Source: a virus
Taxonomy: Duplodnaviria; Caudoviricetes
Virus record (IMG/VR): IMGVR_UViG_3300026187_001451
Location: 1 to 51,296 of that record
Length of the DNA stretch: 51,296 nucleotides
Direction: 5' to 3' (one strand)
The notes under the pieces were generated by a model. It was given only the letters and a program-made list of their open reading frames with translations. It ran no database searches and was not told the DNA's origin. A program made the translations under genes and the position numbers. Positions 9,303-19,021 of this stretch are shown piece by piece; position 1 is the stretch's first letter; each line of letters begins with the position of its first letter.

Positions 9303-10436
9303 ATGGCTAAGAAGAAGAAGGAAAGTTCTCGTGATGAACTGTCTTCTATCCTCGCTGACAACCTAAACAAGAAGTTTAAGTCCGCCCACAAGGTGGCTTA
9401 CTTCTTGGATGGGGAGGAGACCACCCCAACCGACTTAGATGAGTGGGTATCAACGGGGTCTCCTATGTTAGACTTGGCAATTTCAAATAGACCAAATGGT
9501 GGGTTACCAGTGGGTCGTATTACTGAGATTACAGGTTTGGAAGGAAGTGGTAAATCACTACTCGCAGCTCACTCAATCGCAGACACTCAGAAGAAGGGTG
9601 GTCTTGGAGTCTATATCGACACCGAGAACGCAATGAATCAAGAGTTCTTAGAAGCAATTGGTGTAGATGTAAACAAGATGTTGTATGTTCCATTAGAGAC
9701 TGTGGAAGACATCTTTGAAGCAATTGATTCAATCATTGAATCAGTCCGTTCTTCTGACAAAAAGAAGTTGGTTACAATCGTAGTAGACTCCGTTGCAGGT
9801 GCATCTACTAAAGTCGAGATTTCGGCTGATTATGACCAAGCAGGTTATGCAACTCAAAAGGCCATCATTATCTCGAAGGCAATGAGAAAGGTAACTAACC
9901 TTATTGGAAGAGAACGAATTTCACTAATCTTTACAAATCAATTGAGAACTCGTATGGGTGTATCATTTGGTGACCCTTGGACTACGAGTGGTGGTAAGGC
10001 AATTGCATTCCACTCATCTTGTAGATTGAGATTGAAACAAATGGGTCAGTTGAAGTCAAAGGTTGGTGGTGTTGACCAAGTTGTGGGTATTAAGACCCGT
10101 GCTCAAGTCATCAAGAATCGTATGGGGCCACCATTACGTTCGGTAGATTATGATATCTACTTTGATAGTGGTATCGACAACTATGGTTCTTGGTTACAAA
10201 TGATGAAGAGTTACAAGTTGGTAGGACAAAGTGGTGCTTGGTACACTTATGTAGATAAAGAGACTGGTGAGGAAATCAAATTCCAAGCCAAGAACTTTGA
10301 AGAGTTGTTGGAAGAGAGACCTGAAATGAAGGAGTCAATCTACAACCAAATTTGTGATGCATATATTATGTCTTACAAACAATCAAGTGCAGAAGCAAAC
10401 ATAGATAACGTAGAAGTAGCAGATTTCGATGAATAA
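9303..10436 (+). CDS. uvsX: RecA/UvsX recombinase
   Basis: STGS..LD, GRITEITGLEGSGKS (Walker A), YIDTENA, IVVDSVA, IFTNQLR, TSGGKAIAF, GAWY. Confidence 0.95.
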   Translation: MAKKKKESSRDELSSILADNLNKKFKSAHKVAYFLDGEETTPTDLDEWVSTGSPMLDLAISNRPNGGLPVGRITEITGLEGSGKSLLAAHSIADTQKKGGLGVYIDTENAMNQEFLEAIGVDVNKMLYVPLETVEDIFEAIDSIIESVRSSDKKKLVTIVVDSVAGASTKVEISADYDQAGYATQKAIIISKAMRKVTNLIGRERISLIFTNQLRTRMGVSFGDPWTTSGGKAIAFHSSCRLRLKQMGQLKSKVGGVDQVVGIKTRAQVIKNRMGPPLRSVDYDIYFDSGIDNYGSWLQMMKSYKLVGQSGAWYTYVDKETGEEIKFQAKNFEELLEERPEMKESIYNQICDAYIMSYKQSSAEANIDNVEVADFDE

Positions 10437-11481
10437 TAGATACGCAGAACTCCTCAAAGAAGTGAGTCAAGAACACAAGGTGAAGAAAGATGAACACCTA
10501 AATGATAGAGTACTCATCATAGATGGTCTCAATCAGTTTATTAGGGTATTTGGGGCAGTCCCTGCGTTGAATGATGATGGTGAACATTGTGGTGGTATAA
10601 CAGGTTTCTTGTTATCCATCGCAGCCACCATTAGAAGATTGAAACCTACACGAGTTGTTATCGTGTTTGATGGTAAGGGTGGGTCAAATCGTAGAAAGTC
10701 AGTTTATAAAGGTTATAAGGAAGGTCGTACTGGTCTAACTAAAATCAACCGATTGGCAGGATACGAGGATTTGGAGGACCAACAAGAATCTATGAGAAAG
10801 CAATTTGCACGGCTAATTGAATACCTCCAAATCCTACCCATTTCCCTTACTTACATTGACTATGTAGAGGCTGATGATATTATCGCATATCTTGCCAATC
10901 ACTACTTTAAGAAAGAAGTTACAATCATCTCATCAGACAAGGATTTCTTACAATTAGTAAATCCACGAATTAAAGTGTATGCACCTACTAAGAAGAAGAT
11001 GTATGATGAAGCACTTGTAATGGAGGATTATGGTGTTAAACCACAAAATCTTGTATTCTATCGTGTAATTGAGGGTGATAAGTCAGATAATATCGAAGGT
11101 GTCCGTGGTGTTGGTCCTAAGACCATTCATAAAAAGATGCCATTCCTAAATGATGAGGTTATGGACTTAGATGGGTTCATCTCTAAAATCAAAACTGAAT
11201 GTGATGATAAGTTGTCACAAAAGTTGATGGAAAATGTGACAACTATTGAGATGAATTATGGATTGATGCAACTCAAAGACCCCGAAATCTCATCTTCAAT
11301 CAAATCAAATGTCAGAGATATTATGGACTCACAAGAATCAAACTTTGATGTGGTTGAGTTTAAGAAGATGTTTATGTATGATAAGTTATACACTGTATTT
11401 TCTAATATTGATAGTTGGTTGCAAAATTCGTGGTCACCATTGCACAACTTTTTGAAGAATAGTTTTGATACTAACAAATAA
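10429..11481 (+). CDS. rnh: 5'-3' exonuclease / T4 RNase H-like flap endonuclease
   Basis: LIIDGLN, VFDGKGG, YKEGR, EADDIIA, SSDKDFLQL, GDKSDNIEGVRGVGPKT (helix-3-turn-helix). Confidence 0.92.
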   Translation: MNNRYAELLKEVSQEHKVKKDEHLNDRVLIIDGLNQFIRVFGAVPALNDDGEHCGGITGFLLSIAATIRRLKPTRVVIVFDGKGGSNRRKSVYKGYKEGRTGLTKINRLAGYEDLEDQQESMRKQFARLIEYLQILPISLTYIDYVEADDIIAYLANHYFKKEVTIISSDKDFLQLVNPRIKVYAPTKKKMYDEALVMEDYGVKPQNLVFYRVIEGDKSDNIEGVRGVGPKTIHKKMPFLNDEVMDLDGFISKIKTECDDKLSQKLMENVTTIEMNYGLMQLKDPEISSSIKSNVRDIMDSQESNFDVVEFKKMFMYDKLYTVFSNIDSWLQNSWSPLHNFLKNSFDTNK

Positions 11482-11494
11482 TTTCGTATATTAG
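11464..11494 (+). promoter_or_regulatory. Promoter TTTG-N19-TATATTAG
   Basis: Motif copy directly upstream of the helicase gene. Confidence 0.7.
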
Positions 11495-11501
11495 TCCTTA
11501 T

Positions 11502-12860
11502 ATGGAGAAGTTAGGAAGTAAGTTTAGCACATCGTTTCAGAATAAAGTAATCTCGGCAATTATATCCGATAGGTCGTATACCCGACAAATCTACGATATA
11601 CTAAAGCCTGAGTACTTTGACTCCGAAGCGTCTGAATGGTTAGTTAAAACCATTTTAAAATATTTTGATGAGTACGAGACAATGCCAACATTGGATGTCC
11701 TTAAAGTCAAGATAAACACCATTGAGAGAGATGTGTTAAAGACTTCAGTAGTCGATACATTAAAATTCGCTTGGAATCACTTAGATAGTGAAGATTTAAC
11801 TTATGTAAAGGAGCAAGTCCTTGACTTTTGTAAGAATCAATCTATTAAGAACGCAATCTTAGATTCGGTGACTTTATTAGAGGATGGTAAATACGATACC
11901 ATTAAGAAGAATATTGATACTGCAATGAAAGCAGGTCAAGACTCTGATATAGGACACGAGTATAAGACTATGTTGGCAGAACGATATGAAGATTCAGTTC
12001 GTAATGTGGTTTCAACTGGATGGGATGTTGTTGATGAAATCACACAAGGTGGTTTTGGTAAGGGTGAGTTGATACTATTCGCTGCTCCTCCTGGAATTGG
12101 TAAGTCGTGGGCTTTGGTGAATATTGGTGTAAATGCAATGAAGAAGGGTAAAGTGGTAGCACATTATACTTTGGAGTTGAACGAAGGTTACACTGGTCAG
12201 AGATACGATGCAGTTCTAAGTGGTGTTGCGGTAGGTAATTTGAAGTACAATATGGAGGATGTCAAGAAGGCAGTCGAAAATGTACCAGGTGACCTTGTTG
12301 TAAAACACTATCCTACCAAAACTGCAAGTGTGACATCTTTAAAAGCACATATGGATAAGATGACCTTACAAGGTAAGAAGCCAGATGTGGTAATTGTGGA
12401 TTATGCTGACCTTTTGAGAGGACCTGCTAAAGAAAAGAGACACGAGGAGTTGGAAGAAATCATCGAAGACCTTAGAGGATTGGCAGGTGAGTATGAAGTT
12501 CCAGTCTTCACGGCATCTCAGATTAATAGAAGTGGTGCTGAAGATGACATTATTACCGGCACCAAGATTGCTGGGTCATTCTCAAAGATGATGACTGCTG
12601 ATTTCGTGGTATCTCTATCTCGTAAGATTGAAGATAAACTTGCAGGGACTGGTAGATGGCACGTAATTAAGAATCGTTTTGGACCTGATGGTATGACATT
12701 CCCATCTAAAGCAAACTTCTCAACTGGTCAAATCCACATTTATAATGATGATTCTATTGATGGTAGAAACACCACAAAGCAGATGAAACAAGGGGAGAGT
12801 TTAGTAAGAAAAGAATTAGCCCAAAAATACAAGGAAATGAGTGGTGATATTGGTTTTTAG
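11502..12860 (+). CDS. Replicative DnaB-like helicase (T4 gp41-like)
   Basis: APPGIGKS, YTLEL, VIVDYADLL, TASQINR, KNRFG. Confidence 0.93.
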   Translation: MEKLGSKFSTSFQNKVISAIISDRSYTRQIYDILKPEYFDSEASEWLVKTILKYFDEYETMPTLDVLKVKINTIERDVLKTSVVDTLKFAWNHLDSEDLTYVKEQVLDFCKNQSIKNAILDSVTLLEDGKYDTIKKNIDTAMKAGQDSDIGHEYKTMLAERYEDSVRNVVSTGWDVVDEITQGGFGKGELILFAAPPGIGKSWALVNIGVNAMKKGKVVAHYTLELNEGYTGQRYDAVLSGVAVGNLKYNMEDVKKAVENVPGDLVVKHYPTKTASVTSLKAHMDKMTLQGKKPDVVIVDYADLLRGPAKEKRHEELEEIIEDLRGLAGEYEVPVFTASQINRSGAEDDIITGTKIAGSFSKMMTADFVVSLSRKIEDKLAGTGRWHVIKNRFGPDGMTFPSKANFSTGQIHIYNDDSIDGRNTTKQMKQGESLVRKELAQKYKEMSGDIGF

Positions 12861-12919
12861 AGACTATATATTACCACCCCAATTAACATATTGTCTAATA
12901 ATTAAAAGAGGAGAACCCT

Positions 12920-13912
12920 ATGGGTCTATTTGATAATCGAATACCATTTAAACCGTTTGAATACCCCGAATACTACACCGAAGGTTGGTTGAAACAAGCT
13001 CAAGCATTTTGGTTACATACCGAAATACCAATGCAAGGTGATATTAAGGATTGGAATGAAAATTTGTCAGTCGAAGAAAAGAATTTAGTTGGTAATATCC
13101 TTTTAGGATTTGCTCAAACGGAATGTGCTGTATCCGATTACTGGACCACTATGGTTACTAATTGGTTTCCAAAACACGAAATCAAGCAGATGGCAATGAT
13201 GTTTGGTTCACAAGAAACCATCCACGCTACTGCATACTCATATTTGAATGAGTCACTTGGTTTAGAAGATTTTGAGGCATTCTTACACGAACCTGCAACT
13301 GCTGAACGTTTTGAGAATCTTGCTGAGGTATCAAACAACTATACCTACGAAGACTTGAAGAACAATCCAGAAGCAAGAGCTGAAGTAGCACGTTCACTTG
13401 CAATCTTCTCAGCATTTACTGAGGGAGTAGCACTATACTCTTCATTTGCAGTATTGTACTCATTCCAAATGAGAAACAAACTGAAAGGTATCGGTCAGCA
13501 AATGAAGTGGTCGGTGAGAGATGAATCACTACACTCTCGTATGGGATGTCAGTTATTCAAACATATGTGTGAAGAATATCCCGAACTATTGGAAGATTCT
13601 AAAGAGTCAATCCAAAAGGCCGCCGAGTTGATTCAAACATTGGAACACAAATACATCGATAAGATGTTTGAAATGGGTGATTTGGAAAATCTTAAAAAAG
13701 AGGACCTAAAGAACTTCATCAATCAGAGATTAAATGAAAAATTAAATGAGTTGGGTTACCAATCTATGTTTACATATGATGAAGACTCAGCTGCACAATT
13801 AGAATGGTTCTACCACTTGACTGGTGGACATACACATACTGACTTCTTTGCTCTAAGACCTACTGATTATAGTAAGGCTAATGAAGGTGAAGATTGGGAT
13901 GATATATTTTAA
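12920..13912 (+). CDS. nrdB: Ribonucleotide reductase class I beta subunit (class Id-like)
   Basis: FWLHTEI, AQTECAV, ETIHATAY, EGVALYSSF, RDESLH, HTDFF..RPTDY. Confidence 0.95.
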   Translation: MGLFDNRIPFKPFEYPEYYTEGWLKQAQAFWLHTEIPMQGDIKDWNENLSVEEKNLVGNILLGFAQTECAVSDYWTTMVTNWFPKHEIKQMAMMFGSQETIHATAYSYLNESLGLEDFEAFLHEPATAERFENLAEVSNNYTYEDLKNNPEARAEVARSLAIFSAFTEGVALYSSFAVLYSFQMRNKLKGIGQQMKWSVRDESLHSRMGCQLFKHMCEEYPELLEDSKESIQKAAELIQTLEHKYIDKMFEMGDLENLKKEDLKNFINQRLNEKLNELGYQSMFTYDEDSAAQLEWFYHLTGGHTHTDFFALRPTDYSKANEGEDWDDIF

Positions 13913-13918
13913 GAAGTT

Positions 13919-15703
13919 ATGAAGAATTACGGAGAAGAATTAGGTTGGGAACTCGGAGTAGACTTTCCAACGTGGGGAAATACTGAAATTTACGTTAAGA
14001 CCATCTCAAAGGGTTACCTATTAGCAGGTGAAAAACCAAAGGATGCTTATTGGAGAGTTGCTACGGCAGTTGCTCGTAGACTTAACAAACCACAATTGGC
14101 ATCAAAATTCTTTGATTACATTTGGAAAGGGTGGTTGAACCTTGCATCACCAGTGCTATCAAATACTGGTACTGATAGAGGTTTACCAATCTCGTGTTTT
14201 GGTATTGATGTGGGTGACTCTATTCAAGAGATTGGGTCGAAGAACCTTGAGTTGATGTTACTTGCAAAGCATGGTGGTGGTGTCGGTGTTGGTATCAATA
14301 TGATTAGACCTGCTGGTGCAAATATCACTAACAATGGAACATCTGATGGTGTAGTACCATTTGCTAAGATTTACGATTCAACAATCCTTGCTACAAATCA
14401 AGGTGCTGTTCGTAGAGGTGCTGCATCGGTGAATCTAAACATCGAACACAAAGACTTTGATGAGTGGATTGAAATCAGAGAACCTAAAGGTGATGTAAAC
14501 CGACAATGTTTGAACTTGAACCAATGTGTTATCGTTGGTGATAAGTTTATGAGAAAACTTGAAGATGGTGACAATGAAGCAAGACGCAAGTGGGGTAAGG
14601 TACTTCAGAAACGTAAAGCAACTGGTCAACCTTACATTATGTATAAGGGTAACGTAAACAAACAAAACCCTGAAGCATACAAACATAATGGGTTGAAGGT
14701 TCATATGACTAACATATGTTCTGAAATCACATTACATACTGATGAGTCTCACTCATTCGTGTGTTGTTTATCATCACTAAACTTATCTAAGTATGATGAG
14801 TGGAAAGATACTGACCTTATCTATACGGCTACTTGGTTCTTGGATGGTGTACTCGAAGAGTTTATTCAACGTGCTAAGAATATGAGAGGGTTTGAGAACT
14901 CAGTTCGTTCTGCTGAAAAGGGTAGAGCATTGGGTCTTGGAGTTCTTGGATGGCACACTTACCTACAACAAAAAGGTATGGCATTCGAAGGATTACCTGC
15001 TCAGTTTGAGACTCGTAAGATATTCTCTCAAATCAAGATTGAATCAGAACGTGCATCACGTGACTTGGCTCAAGAGTATGGAGAACCACTTTGGTGTGTT
15101 GGTAGTGGTATGAGAAATACTCACTTGAGAGCAATCGCACCAACGGTATCCAACTCTAAGTTGAGTGGTAATGTATCTGCTGGTATCGAACCTTGGGCTG
15201 CAAATGTCTTTACTGAACAAACGGCTAAGGGAACGTTCATTCGTAAGAATCGTGAATTGGAGAGAGTACTTCGTAAGTTGAATATGAACAACAAAGATAC
15301 TTGGGATAAAATTCTACAAGATGGTGGTTCAGTACAAGACTTGAGTGAGTTCGACAATTGGGCATATGTCAATGGTAAATTACTCAATCGTAGTGATATT
15401 GCCGATGTGATGATTGAAAACAAAGAAGTGGATTGGTTAAAGGATGTATTCAAAACATTCAAGGAAATCAATCAGTTGGAGTTAGTTAAACAAGCAGGTA
15501 TCAGACAACAATACGTTGACCAAGCAGTTTCTCTAAACTTAGCATTCCCATCACAAGCAAGTCCAAAGTGGATTAACCAAGTCCATATGGAGGCTTGGAA
15601 AGAAGGAATCAAAACCCTCTATTATATGAGAACGGAATCAGTACTTCGTGGTGATATTGCTACGAGAGCTACTGACCCCGATTGTGTATCGTGTGATGGT
15701 TAA
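13919..15703 (+). CDS. nrdA: Ribonucleotide reductase class I alpha subunit, no ATP-cone
   Basis: ASPVLSN, PISCFG, GGGVG, NICSEI, CCLSSLN, APTVSNS, KTLYYMR, C-terminal CVSCDG. Confidence 0.95.
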   Translation: MKNYGEELGWELGVDFPTWGNTEIYVKTISKGYLLAGEKPKDAYWRVATAVARRLNKPQLASKFFDYIWKGWLNLASPVLSNTGTDRGLPISCFGIDVGDSIQEIGSKNLELMLLAKHGGGVGVGINMIRPAGANITNNGTSDGVVPFAKIYDSTILATNQGAVRRGAASVNLNIEHKDFDEWIEIREPKGDVNRQCLNLNQCVIVGDKFMRKLEDGDNEARRKWGKVLQKRKATGQPYIMYKGNVNKQNPEAYKHNGLKVHMTNICSEITLHTDESHSFVCCLSSLNLSKYDEWKDTDLIYTATWFLDGVLEEFIQRAKNMRGFENSVRSAEKGRALGLGVLGWHTYLQQKGMAFEGLPAQFETRKIFSQIKIESERASRDLAQEYGEPLWCVGSGMRNTHLRAIAPTVSNSKLSGNVSAGIEPWAANVFTEQTAKGTFIRKNRELERVLRKLNMNNKDTWDKILQDGGSVQDLSEFDNWAYVNGKLLNRSDIADVMIENKEVDWLKDVFKTFKEINQLELVKQAGIRQQYVDQAVSLNLAFPSQASPKWINQVHMEAWKEGIKTLYYMRTESVLRGDIATRATDPDCVSCDG

Positions 15704-15708
15704 ACGAA

Positions 15709-15794
15709 GTGTGGTTTGAAGACCACATCTTAGGACCGTGTTAGTTCACGGAAACGGGGTGGGGAAGTTCGCTACTCCCCACTCCACTTGAGAT
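15709..15794 (+). ncRNA. Candidate structured RNA (hairpin plus three-way junction)
   Basis: GC-rich intergenic segment with four pairings: GTGTGGTT/GACCACAT, ATCTTAGG/CTTGAGAT, CCGTG/CACGG and GGGGTGGGGA/TCCCCACTCC. Confidence 0.5.
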
Positions 15795-15806
15795 TAAATT
15801 AATTAA

Positions 15807-16055
15807 ATGAAAGAAAATATGAAACAATATCTTTACTTTTCAGCACCTTGGTGTGGGCCGTGTAGAATGTTAGGTCCGATGATGGAACGTGTAAACAACA
15901 CAATACCAGTTCAAAAGGTCAATGTAGATGAGAACTCTGAATTGGCACAGCAATACAATGTAAGAAATATACCTACCGTAGTTCTATTGCAAGATGGGCA
16001 AGAGGTTAAACGAATTATAGGAGTAAAGCCTGAATCTGAATATCTAAACGTTTAA
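15807..16055 (+). CDS. trxA: Thioredoxin
   Basis: FSAPWCGPC, VNVDEN, VRNIPT; the start may be ATG 15819. Confidence 0.95.
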   Translation: MKENMKQYLYFSAPWCGPCRMLGPMMERVNNTIPVQKVNVDENSELAQQYNVRNIPTVVLLQDGQEVKRIIGVKPESEYLNV

Positions 16056-16068
16056 TTGGAGTTATAAA

Positions 16069-17286
16069 ATGGTTACGAAAAATACAAAATCAAAGTTTTG
16101 TTTCAATACAATGGTTAATAATGAAGCACATTGTATTGAACGTATGTTAAATACAGTATGGCCTTACATTGACTATTGGGTAATTCAAGATAATGGGTCA
16201 ACTGATGGGACTCAGGACATTATTCGCAATTTCTTTGAAGAGAAGGGAATTCCTGGGTTTTTGTATCAATTAGATTGGTGGGAGGGTCACGGTATTAATC
16301 GAGACCATTGTATCAAAACTGCACTTGAAGCAGACCACGGATGTGATTGGATACTAAGAGTAGATGCTGATGAGCAGTTGATAATCGATGATGAATTTGA
16401 TTGGTCTGTTTTTGATGACACCTCTATTCAAAGTTTTAACGTTGCTGCTCGTGATGGTGGTACAACCTACTTTAGAACGTGGTTATGGAATGCAAAAGAA
16501 CCTTGGGCATTTTATCCAGACAAAGCACACGAGACCATTTACTTAGATAGGGATGGTATTGGAGAGGAATTCCAACGTGTTAATTTGCCTATTGGTATGA
16601 GACATCTACTTACAAACGATGGTATGACTTGGGCAAAACCTATGAAGTTTTTAAAGGATGCTTTAAATCTTGAATTGGGTAATGTTCCTACTCGCAAAGT
16701 CTTAACTGATAATTATCACTTGTGGTATATTGCTAAGAGTTATGCAGATTGTCACGATGATGTCGAAAACTTACCATATGGTCAATTACATAAGGAAGAA
16801 TATGCACGTAGAGCAATATTCTATTACAAAATGTATTTGTATCAAACCAACCCACGTTATGAATTAGAAGGTATATCAGAGGGTGATGGTCAAGAAATGG
16901 CATGGTATGCTGCATTTGGAATCGGTCAAATGTATCGTTCTTTAAACGAGGATGAATCTGCTATAAAATGGTATCAAAGAGCAAGTGAATTTTGTGCAAA
17001 CCGAAACGAAAATTACTTCAATATGGCATTGTTGTACGAGAAAACTGGTCAATACCAAAATATGCTAAACATATCTAAGTTTTTAATAAGTGCTGACCGA
17101 TACAACCCATTCCCAAATCGACAATTCTTAATAATGAATTATGCATATCCAGACACAAGTCAAGAACCACATTGGTTGCACGCACGTGCATTGGATTACT
17201 TAGGTATGGATTCAACTTACTATAAGAACTTGTTAAAAAATGACCCTACTACTCCTGAGTGGATTTTAAATCAAATCAATGAGTAA
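16069..17286 (+). CDS. GT2 glycosyltransferase with TPR-like C-terminal region
   Basis: MVNNEAHCIERML, IQDNGSTDGT, VDADE (DxD), HE motif, then helical TPR-like repeats. Confidence 0.8.
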   Translation: MVTKNTKSKFCFNTMVNNEAHCIERMLNTVWPYIDYWVIQDNGSTDGTQDIIRNFFEEKGIPGFLYQLDWWEGHGINRDHCIKTALEADHGCDWILRVDADEQLIIDDEFDWSVFDDTSIQSFNVAARDGGTTYFRTWLWNAKEPWAFYPDKAHETIYLDRDGIGEEFQRVNLPIGMRHLLTNDGMTWAKPMKFLKDALNLELGNVPTRKVLTDNYHLWYIAKSYADCHDDVENLPYGQLHKEEYARRAIFYYKMYLYQTNPRYELEGISEGDGQEMAWYAAFGIGQMYRSLNEDESAIKWYQRASEFCANRNENYFNMALLYEKTGQYQNMLNISKFLISADRYNPFPNRQFLIMNYAYPDTSQEPHWLHARALDYLGMDSTYYKNLLKNDPTTPEWILNQINE

Positions 17287-18370
17287 TAATTACGACTATA
17301 TAATAGTTGGTGCTGGGTTTTTTGGTGCCATATGTGCTTATGAACTGAATAAGGCAGGTAAGTCCGTATTGGTAATTGAAAAACGAAATCACATCGGTGG
17401 TAATGTTTATACTGAGGAACGAGATGGGGTTCATATTCACGAATATGGACCTCACATCTTCCATACTAACGAAAAGTGGATTTGGGATTGGGTTAATCAG
17501 TTTGCAGAATTTAATAATTTTAGATACAACCCAATCGCTAACTATAATGGTAAACTTTATTCATTACCATTTAGTATGTATACATTTAACCAAATGTGGG
17601 GAGTCACAACACCACACGATGCAAAGAAAAAGATTGAAGAGCAACGTTTTACAGGTAAGGTAACTAATCTTGAAGAACAAGCACTTTCGTTAGTAGGTAA
17701 GGATATTTATGAAACTCTAATTAAGGGGTATACTGAGAAGCAGTGGAGAAAACCTGCTACCGAACTACCTGCATCTATCATCAAAAGATTGCCAGTTAGA
17801 TTTACTTGGGATAACAACTACTACTTTGATAAATACCAAGGTATTCCAATCGGTGGTTATACTCAAATCTTTGAAAAGTTGTTGGATGGGATAGAGGTTC
17901 GTTTGGGTGTTGATTATCTTAAAGAAAAATCAATGTGGGATGCTATTTCTAATAAAGTGATTTATACTGGACCTATTGACAAATACTTTGATTATAAATT
18001 TGGTGATTTAGAATACAAATCAGTAGAATGGGATACTATGAAACTGAATACTGAAAATTACCAAGGATGTGCTGGGATGAACTATACCGATAGTGAAACT
18101 TCATTTACTCGTATTATAGAACATAAGTGGTTTGATAACCAAAACCAAAAAGTAAGTTGGGTAAGTATGGAATTCCCAAAAGAATACAAGCGAGGTGTTG
18201 AGCCATTCTATCCAGTGAATGATGATATCAACAATGAGAAGTATAGAAAATATAAGGAACTTGCTGATAAAGACAAAGTGATATTTGGTGGAAGACTTGC
18301 AGAGTACAAATACTATGATATGCACCAAGTAATTGCATCGGCATTAAGTAAAGTAAAAAAACTTGTATAA
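17279..18370 (+). CDS. glf: UDP-galactopyranose mutase
   Basis: IVGAGFFG, EKRNHIGGN, HEYGPHIFHT, GYTEKQW, YQGIP, TRIIEHK, EPFYPVN, GRLAEYKYYDM. Confidence 0.95.
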   Translation: MSNNYDYIIVGAGFFGAICAYELNKAGKSVLVIEKRNHIGGNVYTEERDGVHIHEYGPHIFHTNEKWIWDWVNQFAEFNNFRYNPIANYNGKLYSLPFSMYTFNQMWGVTTPHDAKKKIEEQRFTGKVTNLEEQALSLVGKDIYETLIKGYTEKQWRKPATELPASIIKRLPVRFTWDNNYYFDKYQGIPIGGYTQIFEKLLDGIEVRLGVDYLKEKSMWDAISNKVIYTGPIDKYFDYKFGDLEYKSVEWDTMKLNTENYQGCAGMNYTDSETSFTRIIEHKWFDNQNQKVSWVSMEFPKEYKRGVEPFYPVNDDINNEKYRKYKELADKDKVIFGGRLAEYKYYDMHQVIASALSKVKKLV

Positions 18371-18393
18371 TTGAAAATAATTTTGTATATTAG
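18362..18393 (+). promoter_or_regulatory. Promoter CTTG-N20-TATATTAG
   Basis: Motif variant upstream of 18400. Confidence 0.65.
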
Positions 18394-18399
18394 TATATT

Positions 18400-18816
18400 A
18401 TGAAGAAACAACTACAACAACTTTGGGACTTCCAAAGTGCATACAACTCAACAAGAAATACCAAACCAACTTTAATCGAACCTGATGATTACTTTTTAAG
18501 GTATCGTTTGGGTAAAGAAGAATTGTTGGAGTATTTAGATGCTTGTAATAACGATGACCTTGTAGAAATCACCGATGCTCTTGCAGACCAACTATACATC
18601 CTATTGGGTACTATGGTTGCTCACGGAATGCAGGATATTATCGAAGATGTCTTCAACGAGGTACATCGTTCTAATATGTCAAAGTTAGGTGAGAATGGTA
18701 AACCTATCTATCGAGAAGATGGTAAGGTTTTGAAAGGGCCAAACTATTCACCACCTAACATTGCACAATTCCTACCAGGAACTCAGTTGGAAATTCCATT
18801 CAATGAGGAAGTTTAG
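18400..18816 (+). CDS. MazG-like (PRA-PH-like) NTP pyrophosphohydrolase
   Basis: EELLEY...EITDALADQLYILLG...EVHRSNMSK..GKP.YREDGKVLKGPNY. Confidence 0.9.
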   Translation: MKKQLQQLWDFQSAYNSTRNTKPTLIEPDDYFLRYRLGKEELLEYLDACNNDDLVEITDALADQLYILLGTMVAHGMQDIIEDVFNEVHRSNMSKLGENGKPIYREDGKVLKGPNYSPPNIAQFLPGTQLEIPFNEEV

Positions 18817-18817
18817 G

Positions 18818-19021
18818 ATGGCATTGCGAGGAGAATCACACCCACAACATAAACTTACGGAAGACCAAGTAAAGTCTATACGTAAGTTGTGGGCTGTGGG
18901 TCACCGAAACATCAAAGTATTGGCCCGAAACAATGGTGTATCACCTGCCAACATCCGCAGGATTGTAAAAGGTGAAACTTGGACTCATATTATTTTTGGA
19001 GAATTTAACGACTACCAATAA
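18818..19021 (+). CDS. Stand-alone HTH DNA-binding domain (type usually found C-terminal to HNH endonucleases)
   Basis: RGESHPQHKLTEDQVKSIR...LARNNGVSPANIRRIVKGETWTHI; start reassigned to ATG 18818, just after the upstream stop. Confidence 0.75.
   Translation: MALRGESHPQHKLTEDQVKSIRKLWAVGHRNIKVLARNNGVSPANIRRIVKGETWTHIIFGEFNDYQ

Noticed and set aside
15729-15756. Hammerhead ribozyme or purine/2'-dG riboswitch identity for the nrdA-trx RNA
   Set aside because: CTTAGGA-stem-GAAAC only loosely resembles CUGANGA-stem-GAAA and the catalytic core does not match; the purine riboswitch junction nucleotides are also absent.
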